This document shows positions 1 through 12,752 of a DNA stretch of 64,000 nt, in pieces. The first letter of the stretch is position 1. Each line of letters begins with the position of its first letter. The notes beneath the pieces were generated by a model. The model was not told the origin of the DNA, made no database searches, and worked only from the letters and a program-made list of their open reading frames with translations. Made by a program: the position numbers and the translations under genes. The stretch comes from Mobula hypostoma (taxonomy: Eukaryota): the NCBI RefSeq assembly GCF_963921235.1, contig NC_086097.1, positions 37,326,001-37,390,000 on the forward strand, written 5' to 3'.

Positions 1-475
1 CAGCTCAATGCATAAAAGCATGCAGATATGGTCAAGAGGTTTTTTTTTGTTGTTCAGACAAACATCAGAATGGAGAAGAAATGTGATCTAAGTGACTTTG
101 ACCATAGAATGAATGTTGGTACCAGACAGGGTGGTTTGAGTATCTCAGAAACTGCTGATCTCCTGGGGTTTTCATTCATAACAATCTCTAGAGTTTACAA
201 AGAATGGTGCAAAACACACAAAAAAAATCCTGTGAGCGACAGTTCTGTGGGCAAAAGTTCATGAGAGAAGTCAGAAGGGAATGGAAAAATCTAGTTCAAG
301 GTGACAGTAACTCAAATAACCAGGTGTTAGAATAGTGGTGTGCAGAAGAGTGTCTCTGAAGGCACAACACGTTGAAGCTTGAAATGGTTGGGCTACAGTA
401 GCAGAAGATCACAAATATACAGTAGACTTAGTGGCCATGATATTAGGACAGGAGGTGTTCCAACTGATTCGACCA
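1..475 (+). mobile_element. Tc1-family DNA transposon remnant (internally deleted)
   Basis: MEKKCDLSDFD..VGTRQGGLSISETADLLGFS..ISRVYKEW, then in another frame VTVTQIT...SEGTTR*SLKWLGYSSRR: the paired-like N-terminal DNA-binding region of Tc1 transposases. Stops and frameshifts; no DDE domain. Confidence 0.75.
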
Positions 476-518
476 CCCTGTTGTACTGGGCTCCACATTC
501 TCACCACTGTCTAGGAAA

Positions 519-2318
519 AGACCATAAGACATAGGAGCAGAATTAGGCCATTTGGCCCATTGAGTCTGATCCACCATTCAATCATGGCTGATCCTTTTCC
601 CCCTCCTGAGCCCCATTCCCCAGCCTTCTCCGCTTAACCTTTGATGCCATGTCCAATCAAGAACATATCAAGCTCTGCCTTATATGTACCTGAAGACCTG
701 GCCTCCACAGTCGCCTGTAGTAACAGATTCCACAAATTCGCCACCCTCTGGCTAAAGAAATTTTCCCGCATCTCTGTTTTAAATGGGCACCTCTCTATCC
801 TGAGGCTGTGCCCTCTTGTCTTAGCCTCCCCTACCATGGGAAACATCCTTTCCACATCTACTTTGTCTAGGCCTTTCAACATTTGAAAGATTTCAATGAG
901 ATCTCCCCTCATCTTTCTAAATTTCAGTGAGGACAGACCTAGAGCTATCAAACATTCCTTGTATGATAACCCTTTCATTCCTGGAACCATCCATGTGAAC
1001 CTCCTCTGAACTCTCTCCAATGCCAATACATCTTTTGAATTGAATTAAATTAACTTTATTACTTACATCCTTCATATACATGAGTACAAATCTTTACGTT
1101 ATGTCTCTGTTCAAGAGTGCAATGATAGTAATTTATAATAAATATGTACAATAGGATAGTCATAACATAGAATTACAGTTGTGTCAACATGAATTAAGAA
1201 GTTTGATGGCCTAGTGGAAGAAGTTGTCCCGGAGCCTGTTGGTCCTGGCTTTTATGCTGCAGTACCGTTTCCCGGATGGTAGCAGCTGGAACAGTTTATG
1301 GTTGGGGTGACTCAGTCTCCAATGATCCTTTGGGTCCTTTTTACACACCTGTCTTTGTAAATATCCTGAATAGTGGGAAGATCACATCTACAGATGCACT
1401 GGGCTGTCCTCTCCACTCTCTGCAGAGTCCTGTGATTGTGGGAAGTACAGTTCCCATACCAGGCAGTGATGCAGCCAGTCAGGATGCTCTCAATTGTGCC
1501 CCTATAGAAAGTTCTTAGAATGTGGGGGGCCATACCAAACAACTTAAACCATCAGAGGTAAAAGAGGCGCTCTTGTGCCTTTTTCACCACAAGCCAGTAT
1601 GTACAGACCACGTGAGATCCTCGGTGATGTTTATGCCAAGGAATTTAAAGTTGTTCACCCTCTCAACCCCAGATCCATTGATGTCTATAGTCTATTCCTC
1701 CCGTAATCCACAACCAGCTCCGTTGTTTTTGCGACATTGAGGGAGAGGTTATTTTCTTGACACTACTGTGTCAGGGTGATAACTTCTCTGTAGGCTGCCT
1801 CATTATTATTTGAGATTGGGCCAATCAGTGTGGTGTCGTCAGAAAATTTAATTAGCTGATTGGAGCTGTGGGTGGTGACACAGTCATGGGTCTACCGAGA
1901 GTAAAGGAGGGGGCTAAGTACACAGCCCTCAGTGTCACCTGTGTTGAAGGTCAGTGAGCAGAGGTGAAGGGAGCCCACTCTTACCACCTGCTGGCGATCT
2001 GACAGGAAGTCCAGGATCCAGCTACACACGGCAGGGTGAAGGCCAAGATCTCTCAGCTTCTTGTTGAGCCTGGAGGGAATTGTGGCGTTGAATGCTGAAC
2101 TGTATCCTGGAGGGAATTATGGTGTTGAATGCTGAACAGCATTCTCACATCAGCATCCCTCTTCTCCAAGTGTGTAAGGACGGTGTGTAGAGGATGGTTC
2201 TCGGATGAGGAGCCCCAAACTGTTCCCAATACTCAAGGTGAGGCCCCAGCAGTGCCTTATAAAGCCTCAGCATCACATTGCTGCTCTTGTGTTCTACACC
2301 TCTTGGGAAAAAGTTTCC
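519..2318 (-). mobile_element. CR1 LINE 3' fragment, interrupted at ~1037-2195 by a Rex1/Babar copy
   Basis: Minus ORF LERVQRRFT...RGDLIE...RGHSLRI...FFSQRVANLWN plus the CR1 3' UTR/tail. CR1 sequence resumes at ~2198 (ctcggatgaggagccccaaactg). Confidence 0.85.
1037..2195 (-). mobile_element. Rex1/Babar LINE, 5'-truncated
   Basis: FYRGTIESILTGCITAWYGNC...LQRVERTAQ RT C-terminus; AATAAA plus (TTCAA)n-like tail on the minus strand; internal ~37-bp tandem duplication at ~2069-2138. Confidence 0.8.
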
Positions 2319-2969
2319 TTTCCCAATTTTGTCTTCAATTTCTTGGTGATTATGTTTAGCATCTTGATTTATTCAACCTAAAAGTGAAAACAGTGACATG
2401 GAAATTCTAACATTTGAAGGGGTACTTTCATGCAGTACACATTGCAATTTTATCAGAATTCATGAACTTCCAGGTTTTTGTGTGTCTGTGCCATGGGCTG
2501 ATGAAAAGCCATGCATGGTGTAGGTAAACACCATGTAGCACACATCTGGCCCCAAGTGTCTGCGTGGAAAAGGCCTCAGACTTTAATGCATGCCTTTAAC
2601 AGGGGGTTGGGACTTTCCTCTGCATTAGGCTGAGGTTGCAGGACAAGTTGAAGAATAGTTTAACAAAGAAAAAGAGCTCCAGCAAAGAATAATATAACCA
2701 GGAAGCCTGTTGCACAGATTGCATCCCAGCTCTCAATCCTTTGCCTTGTTGGTCACAGTAAAGCTGCATTAAAGCTTGACGTGTTTTAGTTATCAAGCTA
2801 TAAGAATATAAGAGTGGGTGTGGAGGAGGTTTCCAAGAAAACTCATGACAGAAGTGCTTATGAGGAAAGAGCAGCAAGGTTGAGATTGTTAAGATCAGAG
2901 GAGGCAAAGAGGAGATTTAATGCAAGCAGCCTGCCCTGGTCCAACCAAGTAGATGCCACAGCCAAGATA

Positions 2970-5900
2970 GCTCTCGAGGTGAAGGAGCCATTAGGAGGTG
3001 GTGACCATAATATGATAAGTTTTATTCTACAATTTGAGAGGGAGAAGGGAAGATCGGAAGTATCAGTATTACAGTTGAACAAAGGGGACTATGGACCCAT
3101 GAGGGAGGAGCTGGCCAAAGTTGACTGGAAAGATACCCTAGCAGGGATGACAGTGGAACAACAATGGCAGGTATTTCTGGGAATAATACAGAAGGTGCAG
3201 GATCAGTTCGTTCCAAAGAGGAAGAAAGACTCTAAGAGGAGTAAGGGGTGACCGTGGATGACAAGGGAAGTCAAGGACAGTATAAAAATAAAAGAGAGGA
3301 AGTATAAAATAGCAAGGATGAGTGGAAAGCCAGAGGATTGGGAGACTTTTAAGGAGCAACAGAATATAACTAAAAAGGCAATATGGGGGTGAAAGATGAG
3401 GTACAAAGGTAAGCTAGCCAAGAATATAAAGGAGGATAGTAAAAGCTTCTTTAGGTATGTGAAGAAGAAAAAATTAGTTAAGACCAAAGTTGGGCCCTTG
3501 AAGACAGAAACGGGTGAAATTATTATGAGGAACAAGGAAATGGCAGACGAGCTGAACAGGTACTTTGGATCTGTCTTCACTGGGGAAGACACAAACAATC
3601 TCCCAGATGTAATGGTAGCCAGAGGACCTAGGGTAACAGAGGAACTGAGGGAAATTCGCATCAGGCAGAAAATGGTGTTGGGTAAACTGATGGGACTGAA
3701 GGCTGATAAATCCCCAGGGCCTGATGGTCTGCATCCCAGGGTACTTAAGGAGGTGGCTCTAGAAATCGTGGACGCATTGGTAATCAGTTTACTTTACTTT
3801 TACTTTTACTTTTACTTTTAGTTTATACATTATTGCCGCCAAAGAATTGATACTAGAATGTACAATCATCATAGCGATATTTGATTCTGCGCTTCTCGCT
3901 CCCTGGGTTACAAATTGATAGTAAATATTAAAAGTTTAAATTATAAATCATAAATAGAAAATAGAAAAATGGAAAGTAAGGTAGTGCAAAAAAAAAACCG
4001 AGAGGCAGGTCCGGATATTTGGAGGGTATGGCCCAGATCCGGGTCAGGATCCGTTCAGCAGTCTTATCACAGTTGGAAAGAAGCGGTTCCCAAATCTGGC
4101 CATACAAGAGTTCAAGCTCCTGAGCCTTCTCCCAGAGGGAAGAGGGACAAAAGTGTGTTGGCTGGGTGGGTCGTGTCCTTGATTATCCTGGCAGCACTGC
4201 TCCGACAGCGTGCGGTGTAAAGTGAGTCCATGGACGGAAGATTGGTTTGTGTGATGTGCTGCGCCGTGTTCACAATCTTCTGCAGCTTCTTCCGGTCTCA
4301 GACAGGACAACTTCCATACCAGGTTGTGATGCACCCTAGAAGAATGCTTTCTACGGTGCTTCTATAAAAATTAGTGAGGGTTTTAGGGGACAGGCCAAAT
4401 TTCCTTAGCTTTCTCAGAAAGTGAAGGTGCTGGTGGGCTTTCTTGGCAGTGGACTGTACTTGGTTGGACCAAGTCAGGTCATTTGTGATATTGACCCCAA
4501 GGAACTTAAAGCTTTTGACCTGTTCCACTTGCGCACCACCGATGTAAATTGAGTCGTGCGGTCTGCTACTCCTTCTGAAGTCAACAACCAATTCCTTTGT
4601 CTTGCTGACGTTGAGGGATAGGTTATTGTCTTCGCACCATGCCACCAGGTTCTTAATTTCCTCCCTGTACTCAAATTCATCATTACCCGAGATACAGCCT
4701 ACAATTGTTGTGTCGTCAACAAACTTATATATTGAGTTCGATGGAAACTTGGCTACACAGTCTTGGGTGTACAGTGAGCACAGCAGGGGGCTGAGTACAC
4801 AGCCTTGTGGGGCACCGGTGCTCAGAGTGATTGTAGAGGAGAGCTTGTCCCCTATTTTTACAGCCTGGGTCCTGTCTGTGAGGAAGTTGAAGATCCAGCT
4901 GCAGATCTGAGTGCTAAGGCCCAGGTTCCGGAGCTTAGGAATCAGTTTATTTGGAATGATGGTATTAAAGGCAGAGCTGTAGTCAATGAAAAGGAGCCTT
5001 ACGTATGCGTCTTTATTCTCCAGGTGTTCTAAGGAGGAATGTAGGGCCAGAGAGATGGCACCTGCCATTGACCTGTTGCTCTGGTAGGTGAATTGCAAAG
5101 TGTCGAGGTTAGAGTCCCCGGCTATAACAATTTTCCAATCTTCTATAGATTCAGGATCAGTTCCTGCGGATTGGAGGGTAGCTAATGTTATCCCACTTTT
5201 TAAGAAAGGAGGGAGAGAGAAAACAGGCAATTATAGACCAGTTAGTCTGACATCAGTGGTGGGGAAGATGCTGGAATCAATTATAAAAGATGAAATAGCG
5301 GCATATTTGGATAGCAGTGGCAGGATAGGTCCGAGTCAACATGGATTTACGAAGGGGATATCATGCTTGACTAATCTGGAATTTTTTGAGGATGTAACTA
5401 TGAAAAATGGACATGGGAAAGCCAGTGGATGTAGTGTACCTGGACTTTCAGAAAGCCTTTGATAAGGTCCCACATAGGAGGTTAGTGTGCAAAATTAGAG
5501 CAAATGGTATTGGGGGTAGGGTACTGACATGGATAGAAAATTGGTTGGCAGACAGGAAACAAAGAGTAGGGATTAATGGGTCCTTTTCAGAATTGCAGGC
5601 AGTGACTAGTGGGGTACTGCAAGGCTCGGTGCTGGGACTGCAGCTATTTACAATATACATTAATGATTTAGATAAAGGGATTAAAAGTAACATTAGCAAA
5701 TTTGCAGATGACACAAAGCTGGGGGGTAGTGTGAAATGTGAGGAGGATGTTATGAGAATGCAGGGTGACTTGGACAGGTTCGGTGAGTGGGCAGATGCAT
5801 GGCAGATGCAATTTAATGTGGATAAATGTGAGTTTATCCACTTTGGTGGCAAGAACAGGAAGGCAGATTAGTATCTGAATGGTGTCAAGTTAGGAAAAGG

Positions 5901-6622
5901 GGAAGTTGCAATGAGGTTTTGGTGTCCTTGTTCATCAGTCACTGAAAGTAAGCATGCAGGTACAGCAGGCAGTGAAGAAAGCTAATGGCATGTTGGCCTT
6001 CATAACAAGGGGAGTTGAGTATAGGAGCAAAGAGGTCCTTCTGCAGTTGTACAGGGCCCTGGTGAGTATTGTGTACAGTTTTGGTCTCCAAATTTGAGGA
6101 AGGACCTTCTAGCTATTGGGGGAGTGCAGTGTAGGTTCACGAGGTTAATTCCCAGGATGGCGGGACTGTCATATGTTGAAAGATTGGAGCGACTGGGGTT
6201 GTATACACTGGAATTTAGAAGGATGAGAGGGGATCTGATTGAAACATATAAGATTATTAAGGGATTGGACAGGCTAGAGGCAGGAAGCATGTTCCTGATG
6301 TTGGGGGAGTCCAGAACCAGAGGCCACAGTTTAAGAATAAGGGGTAGACCATTTAGAACGGAGTTGAGGAAAAACTTTTTCACACAGAGGGTTGTGGTTC
6401 TGTGGAATGCTCTGCCTCAGAAGGCAGTAGAGGCCAATTCTCTGGATTATTTCAAGAAAGAGTTAGATAGAGCTCTTAAAGATAGCGGAGTGAAGGGATA
6501 TGGGGAGAAGGCAGGAAAAGGGTACTGATTGTGGATGATCAGCCATGATCACAGTGAATGGTGGTGCTGGCTCGAAGGGCTGAATAGCCTACTCCTGCAC
6601 CTATAGTCTATTGTCTATTGTC
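2970..6622 (+). mobile_element. CR1 LINE ORF2 (end of endonuclease through RT and 3' UTR), split by a Rex1/Babar insertion
   Basis: [66 protein letters not shown]; tail (CTATTGT)n ending ~6622; several frameshifts and stops. Confidence 0.92.
3787..5129 (-). mobile_element. Rex1/Babar LINE inserted in CR1
   Basis: [63 protein letters not shown]; (GTAAAA)n tail at 3788-3820. The CR1 flanks rejoin as ...ggtaatca|ttttcc.... Confidence 0.9.
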
Positions 6623-6733
6623 TCCAATCAATCCCTGCACTTTTTTTAGGAGGCTAAAGAAATTCGGCATGGCCCCATTGACTCTTACCACTTTTTACTG
6701 ATGCACCATAGAAGGCATCTTATCTGGATGTAT

Positions 6734-6931
6734 TAGCACAAAGACAAGAAAATCTGCAGATGCTGGAAATCCAAGCGACACATACAAAATACTGGAAGAA
6801 CTCAGCAGGCCAGGCAGCATCTATGGAAAAGAGTAAACGATTGACGTTTTGGGCCAAAACATTAACTATTCATTCTCTTCCATAGCTGCTGCCTGGCCTG
6901 CTGAGCTCCTCCAGCATTTTGTGTGTGTTGC
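6734..6931. mobile_element. Penelope-like element pLTR-derived fold-back insertion
   Basis: Inverted arms (ctggaagaactcagcaggccaggcagcatctatgg / ccatagctgctgcctggcctgctgagctcctccag); 13-bp TSD TATCTGGATGTAT at 6721-6733 and 6932-6944. Confidence 0.8.
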
Positions 6932-7216
6932 TATCTGGATGTATAGTCAATTGCTCTGTATGTCACTACAAAAAACTGCAGAGATTTTGTGGACACAGCT
7001 CAAAATATAATGGAAACTACCCTCCCCTCCATGGACTCTATCTATACTTTGTGTTGCCTCAGTAAAACAGCCAGCATAATCCACCCATCCCAGACATTCT
7101 CTCTCCTCTTCTATAGGGCAGAAGATACAAAAGCCTAAAAGCATGTACCACCACACTTAAGCACAGCTTTGATCCTAATGATATAAACCATTGAATGGTT
7201 CCCCAGTATGATAAGA

Positions 7217-8608
7217 AGGAAATAAGCCAGAGCGAAGGAAATTATAGCCCAGCTAGCCTGACTATAGTGGTTGGAAAGATGTTGGAGTCTATTATTGAGG
7301 ATGAGGTTTTGGGGCACTTAGGTACAAAGTCAGCATGGTTTTCTAAAGGGGAAATCATGTCTGACAAATCTGATGGAATTCTTTGAGGAAGTAACAGACA
7401 GGCTAGATGAAGGAGAGTCAGTGGATGTTGTTTATTTGGATGTTCAGGAGACCTTTGACAGGGTGCTGCACACGAAGCTGCTTAAGAAGGTAGGAGCCCA
7501 TGGTATCACAGGAAAGATACTAGCATGGACAGAAGATTGGCTGACTGACTGAAGGCTAAGAGTGGGATTGAAGGGGGCCTTTTCTGGTTGGCTGCCAGTG
7601 GCTAGTGCTGTTCCAACAGAGTTTTGGGACCTCCTCTTTTCACTTTATATGTCAATGATTTAGATGATGGAATTAATGGCTTTGTGGCCAAATTTGCAGA
7701 CGATATGAAGATGGGTGGAGGGCCAGGAAGTGTTGAGGAAACAGGGAGTCATCAGAAGGATTTGGACAGATTGGGAGAATGGGTGAAGAAGTGCAGATGG
7801 AATGTAGTGTAGGGAAGTGTATGGTTATATACTTCGGTAGAAGGAAAAAAGACAAACTATTTTCTAAATGAGGAGAAAATTCAAAAATCAGAGGTGCAGA
7901 GGGACTTGGGAGTCCTCGTGAAGGATTCCTTAAGGGTTAACTTGCAGATTGAGTTGGTGGAAAGAAAGGCAAAGGGAATGTTAGAATCCATTTCAAGAGG
8001 ACTAGAATATAAAATCAAAGATGTCATGCTGAGGCTTTATAAGGTATTTGTCAGACCATATTTGGAGTATTCTGAGTAGTTCAGGGCCACTTATCTAAGA
8101 AAAGATGTGCCGACATTGGAGAGGGTCCAAAGGAGGTATATGAGAATTTTCCCAGGAATGAAAAGGTTAACAAATGAGGAGCATTTCATGGATTTGGGCA
8201 AATAAAAGGCATTTCACTGAAGAATGAGGGGGGATCTCATTGAATGCTATCAAATATTGAAAGACCTAGACAGAGTGAATGTGGAGAGCAAGTTTCCTAT
8301 AGTGGGGGAGTCTAGTAGCAGAGGTACATCCTCAAAATTGAGGGACGTCCATTTAGAACAAAGATGGGGAAGTATTTCTTAAGTCAGAGGGTGGTGGATC
8401 TGTGCAATTTATTGCCACTGACAGCTGTGTAGGCCAAGTTACTGGGTATACTTAAGGCAGAGGTTGATAGGTTCTTGATTAATCAGGGCATCAAAGGTTA
8501 CGAGGAAAGGCAGGAGAATGGGGTTGAGAGTATAATAAATCAGCCATGATGGAATGGTGGAGCAGACTCGATGGGCTGAAGAGCCTAATTCTGTACCTAT
8601 GTCTTATG
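7217..8608 (+). mobile_element. Older CR1 LINE, 5'-truncated
   Basis: Degenerate GNYSPASLT, VAKFADDMK, QRDLGVLV, RPYLEY motifs and CR1 3' UTR; candidate TSD GATAAGA (7210-7216 / 8609-8615). Confidence 0.85.
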
Positions 8609-11199
8609 GATAAGATAGATCCTTGACTTCACAATCTATCTTGTTGTGTTTATTGCATTTTCTCTGTAACTGCAACATTTTATTCTGCTTTGTTACTGTT
8701 TTGCCTTGTTCTGCCTCAATACACTGTGTAATCACATGACCTGTATACACAGTGTGTAAGATAAGCTTTTCACTGTATCATGTGTCAATGATAAACCAAT
8801 TCCAATTCCAATCCAACGTAAGATCACAAGGAAGTTTAAAGGGGTAAATAGCAGAGAGGAAGAAAAGTAACAATACATAGATTTCTGGTGAAGGGTGAAT
8901 GGATAAAAGAAGAGGAAAAGAGTTTCACCAGAGTGTGCTTTCGTGCCCTGCAAGGTTTAAACCGGATCTGGAAACCCATTTGATGTACAGCACCAGAGGC
9001 ATTGGAAGTGGGATTAGTCTAGATTGCTCTCTTTCTGTTAACATGGATGTATTGAGTCAAATGGCTTCATTTCAAAGTTCAAAGTAACATTTATTATCAA
9101 AGTATGTATAAATTATACAACCTTGCGATTTGTCTTCTTACAGGCAGCCACAAAGGAAGAAGCCCAAAAGAAGCCAATGTGAAAAAGACCAACACCCAAT
9201 GCACAGAGAGAGAGAGAGAACACAAATCACATAAACGATAAAAGCAAGCAACAGCATTCAGAATGAAATTGAGTCCATGGACGCAAAGCCCAGAGTAGGC
9301 CCATAGCCTCAGTGTCAGATCATCACACAACGGGACAAATCGTCACAAAGCTCGTGGATACAGAGCCTGGAGCGGCAATTTGCCACGCTGTGTGGTGCCT
9401 TTAATTTGGTTCCTGACAAACAATGCCTATTAAATATTTGTATTACTCTCCTTATGGAAAACAGTCGTTTAGCAGCAAGAAGTGGAACTCTCTGGAGCAA
9501 GCTCCCACATAGGCACCATTACTGACATTTACTCATGTAATACATCTTTCACATATAGACCAAAGTGGATGAGCCTAGGTTTGTTTTCTTTTCCTGTCAT
9601 AAAGTTTCTTGTTTCCACGCATCCATAGTAAAACTGCATTCTGCCTTTGCAGTAAAGCATATAAGAAGTTCCTTATCACATAATCAGTAATGCAGTGTGA
9701 TTGATCTGTTTTGAAAAGGTCAAAGTGAGTTCCACAATGAGCCTCCCTTTAAAAATCAGCTACATAGAACTATCATTGATGCCAATATTTATGTAGTGAG
9801 CTTGTTAAGCACCATCAGTCCAAACCATAGACTAGAAAGGACTTGGGCTTGGAACCCACATGTGCCAAAGTGACCAGCAATGAACTGAAATGCTGGTGGC
9901 GGCTGAGCCAACTTTCTGTGCAACTGAGCAGTGATGCTTTTTCTGACAATATGCTGGTCCTGCTTGAGTATATGATGCCTTCAAAAATGAAGGTGATCAC
10001 AAAAGTACAAAATCAATATATTGCAGGTGCTGAAAATCTGGTGAAAATGGAAAATGCTGGAGATATTTGATAGGTCTGTATCAGGAGAAAAAGAATTGAC
10101 AATCTGGGTAGCAATCTGATGAAAAATCATCAATTTGACATACTGGACCATTTATCACTGTAGAAGGTCAGTGGTCTCAGACAGAACCACTGATGTTTAA
10201 ATCTTAAAACTGTCCCAAGATCCTGTGCAAGCACAGTCAAATATAGTAGTTGTGGGCTTGCTGATACATTCTGAACTCGAAATCTATTCATTCATCCTTC
10301 ACCTTAACTCCATGTAGAATTCAGAGCACAGACAATCTTACAGGTAATGGGGTGCTGTCTGTTGTAAATTGCACCTAGTCAGATCAGCTGTATGATTGAA
10401 GTCCCCATTGCTGTCAATACAAATTGTAAAGGTTTTATTTAGGAAACAAGCTACATTTTTACAATGGCTTTAATTATTTTTCAATGTCATTAATTTTCTT
10501 ATTTATTATTTTTTAAATTACATACTACTAGTTACATATTATATATTAATTACTAATTACATATTACTAGTTTTTAAATGTCTCTGCCAAAAGTTCCTAT
10601 AGAAGTTTGTTGGGCAGGACTTTCTCTCCGAGCCACTGACATCTTGAAATCTACATCTTGCAAATTCGGCCTTTTACAATCATGAGTAATCAAGAACGCT
10701 GGCAAAGATTCCAGCAAACATTATGGGCTTTGAAAAAGCCACTGAGATCTGAAAAATATCCAGGAGAGTGGAGAATAAAACAAAGAAAATTTTAATGTTT
10801 CCATTAGTAAACATAATTTTGAGCTTCTTGTGTTGTAATAGTGTTCTCCTGTTGTTTCATTCTGACATTAATGTGAGTGTGTTGTAATAGCTACCTCCAG
10901 TTATTTAAAGTTCGGAGCTTCATACAGGATTTTGGTGCTGGCACCAACACTGAGACCTAGTTGGAATCAATGATGTCAGTAACTGGATGCATCCATCATT
11001 GATCTAAAGAAGTGGGAACTGCAAGAGATTTATCAGTGCTTGCTGACAAAGGCTAGATATACAGTCAAGAGAAAAGAGTCCTCCTTCCTAGCCTCCTCTA
11101 TTGTACTCACAAAAAAGGGAAAGACAAACAAATGAAACTAGAGAAAATAAAATGGACTGAAACCAAAAGAAACAAAGAGGCAGATGGCAAAGGGTGAAG

Positions 11200-12016
11200 G
11201 GTGGCACAGTAGAAAAACTGTCACTACAGTGCTTCACATCATCGGCTGTAAGATACAAGGGGTGATTGATAAGTTCGTGGCCTAAGGTAGACGGAGTCAA
11301 TTTTAGAAAATCTAGCACATTTATTTTTCAACATAGTCCCCTCCTACATTTACACACTTAGTCCAGCGGTCGTGAAGGATACGGATCCCTTCTTTGTAGA
11401 AGTCGGCATCTTGGATCTCCAGAAGTGGTCCACAGCAGGGGTGATTGATAAGTTCATGGCCTAAGGTAGAAAGAGATGAGTTATACAGCTCTCATTACAT
11501 GCACATGCAGTTCAACTCTTTGAGTGATTATGCAGAAAGTTTGAAGTTAATAACTCACCTCCTTCTCCCTTAGGCCACGAACTTATCAATCACCCCTGCT
11601 GTGGACCACTTTTGGAGGTCCAAGACGCCGACTTCTACAAAGAAGGGACCCGTATGCTCCATGACTGCTGGACTAAGTATGTAAATGTAGGAGGGGACTA
11701 TGTTGAAAAATAAATGTGCTAGGTTTTCTAAAATTGACTCCTTCTACCTTAGGCCACGAACACATCAATCACCCCTCATAGGTTTCAATTCCTGCCATTG
11801 TCCGTAGATTCTCCCTAAGACTCTGCATGGGTTTTCTCTGGGTGCTCTGGTTTCTTCTCTCATTCCAAAGGCATTCAGTTAGGGTTTGTAAGTTGTGGGC
11901 ATGTTATGCTGGCACTAGAAACATGACAGCACTTGCACAAACCTCGCTGATTTGATTTGACACAAACAACATATTTCACAGTATGTTTTGATGTATATAT
12001 GACAAATAAAGCTAAA
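11200..12016 (+). mobile_element. tRNA-derived V-SINE-like element interrupted by a mariner MITE
   Basis: tRNA-like head (ggtggcacagt...ggtttcaattcc), V-domain-like core gcatgggttttctctgggtgctctggtttcttctc, 3' end gacaaataaagctaa. Confidence 0.6.
11256..11778. mobile_element. Mariner-derived palindromic MITE
   Basis: TA at both ends (11254-55, 11779-80); ~230-bp inverted arms starting caaggggtgattgataagttcgtggcctaagg. The right arm encodes the mariner transposase C-terminus DFYKEGTRMLHDCWTKYVNVGGDYVEK*, and the left arm carries its inverted counterpart. Confidence 0.88.
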
Positions 12017-12212
12017 ACTAGAGTTAAATCTGTGAAAGGGTGTAAGAAACTCAAGCAGTCTTGAGATTTTGTAATACATGGGCAGATCATGACATTCTGA
12101 AAGCTTTACCACTCATTTAAATCTCTTAAATTTTCTTGCTGCCCTCAAGTGGGAGGACTTACCTTTTCTAATTCATTCAAAAAATATTCCTGAGTGAGAA
12201 CTGGTGACATTG

Positions 12213-12364
12213 AAAACGCAGATACTGGAATCTGCAGTAATAAACAATCTGCTGGAAGAACTCATGGTCCTCGTGCAGCTTTTGACCTAAAATGTCAACA
12301 GTTCCTTTCCTTCCACAGATACGTCTTGACCTGCGGAGATCTTCCAGCAGATTGTTTGTTGCTC
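12213..12364. mobile_element. Degenerate PLE pLTR-derived fold-back element
   Basis: gcagatactggaatctg...aaacaatctgctggaagaactc with inverted end cttccagcagattgtttgtt; similar to the 6734 and 16793 elements. Confidence 0.55.
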
Positions 12365-12538
12365 CTGAATGAATAAACCTGAAAGTTCCGGATCAGAGCA
12401 GTTTCTATCTTAACAAAGATGCAATTGATTTAAGAATGCACATACTCAGATGTTAACATGATCTCATCGGAACATGGCAAAAACCATGCCACGCTATCCA
12501 GGAGTCAATAATTACACATCAAAGTTGGTAAGCCCACA

Positions 12539-12752
12539 TAACATAGAACATTACAGCTCAGTACAGGCCCTGTGGCCCACGATGTTGTGCAAACTTATTA
12601 ACGAAATCTAAGATCAATCTAATGATTCCTTCCTGCATAGCCCTCCATTTTCCTATCATCCATGTGCCAAACTAAGAGTTTCTTAAATACCTCGAACATA
12701 TCTGCCTCCTTCATCACCCTTAGTTATGCACTCATAACTCTGTGTGTAAAAA
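12539..12752 (-). mobile_element. CR1 3' end fragment (different subfamily)
   Basis: acatagaacattacagc..caggccc..gcccac tail signature followed by CR1 3' UTR and ORF2-end-like sequence. Confidence 0.55.

Larger units (their letters stand above)
6632..8817 (+). mobile_element. Rex1/Babar 3' portion, interrupted by a PLE derivative (6734-6931) and a CR1 (7217-8608)
   Basis: FFRRLKKFGMAPLTLTTFY*CTIEGILSGC motif at the start; 3' UTR resumes at ~8609 and ends in a (CAATTC)n tail. Confidence 0.7.

Noticed and set aside
3788..3820. (TTTTAC)n repeat giving a YFYFYF peptide
   Set aside because: It is the 3' tail of the Rex1 insertion, not coding sequence or a telomeric array.
4298..5230. 310-aa minus-strand ORF as a novel RT fusion gene
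   Set aside because: The N-terminal ~33 aa are antisense CR1 read-through into an inserted Rex1 RT; this is an artefact of nesting.
10015..10145. Further hammerhead at ctgatgaaaaatc (~10117)
   Set aside because: A decayed PLE-like remnant; CUGAUGA is present but stem II and the GAAA box are not intact.
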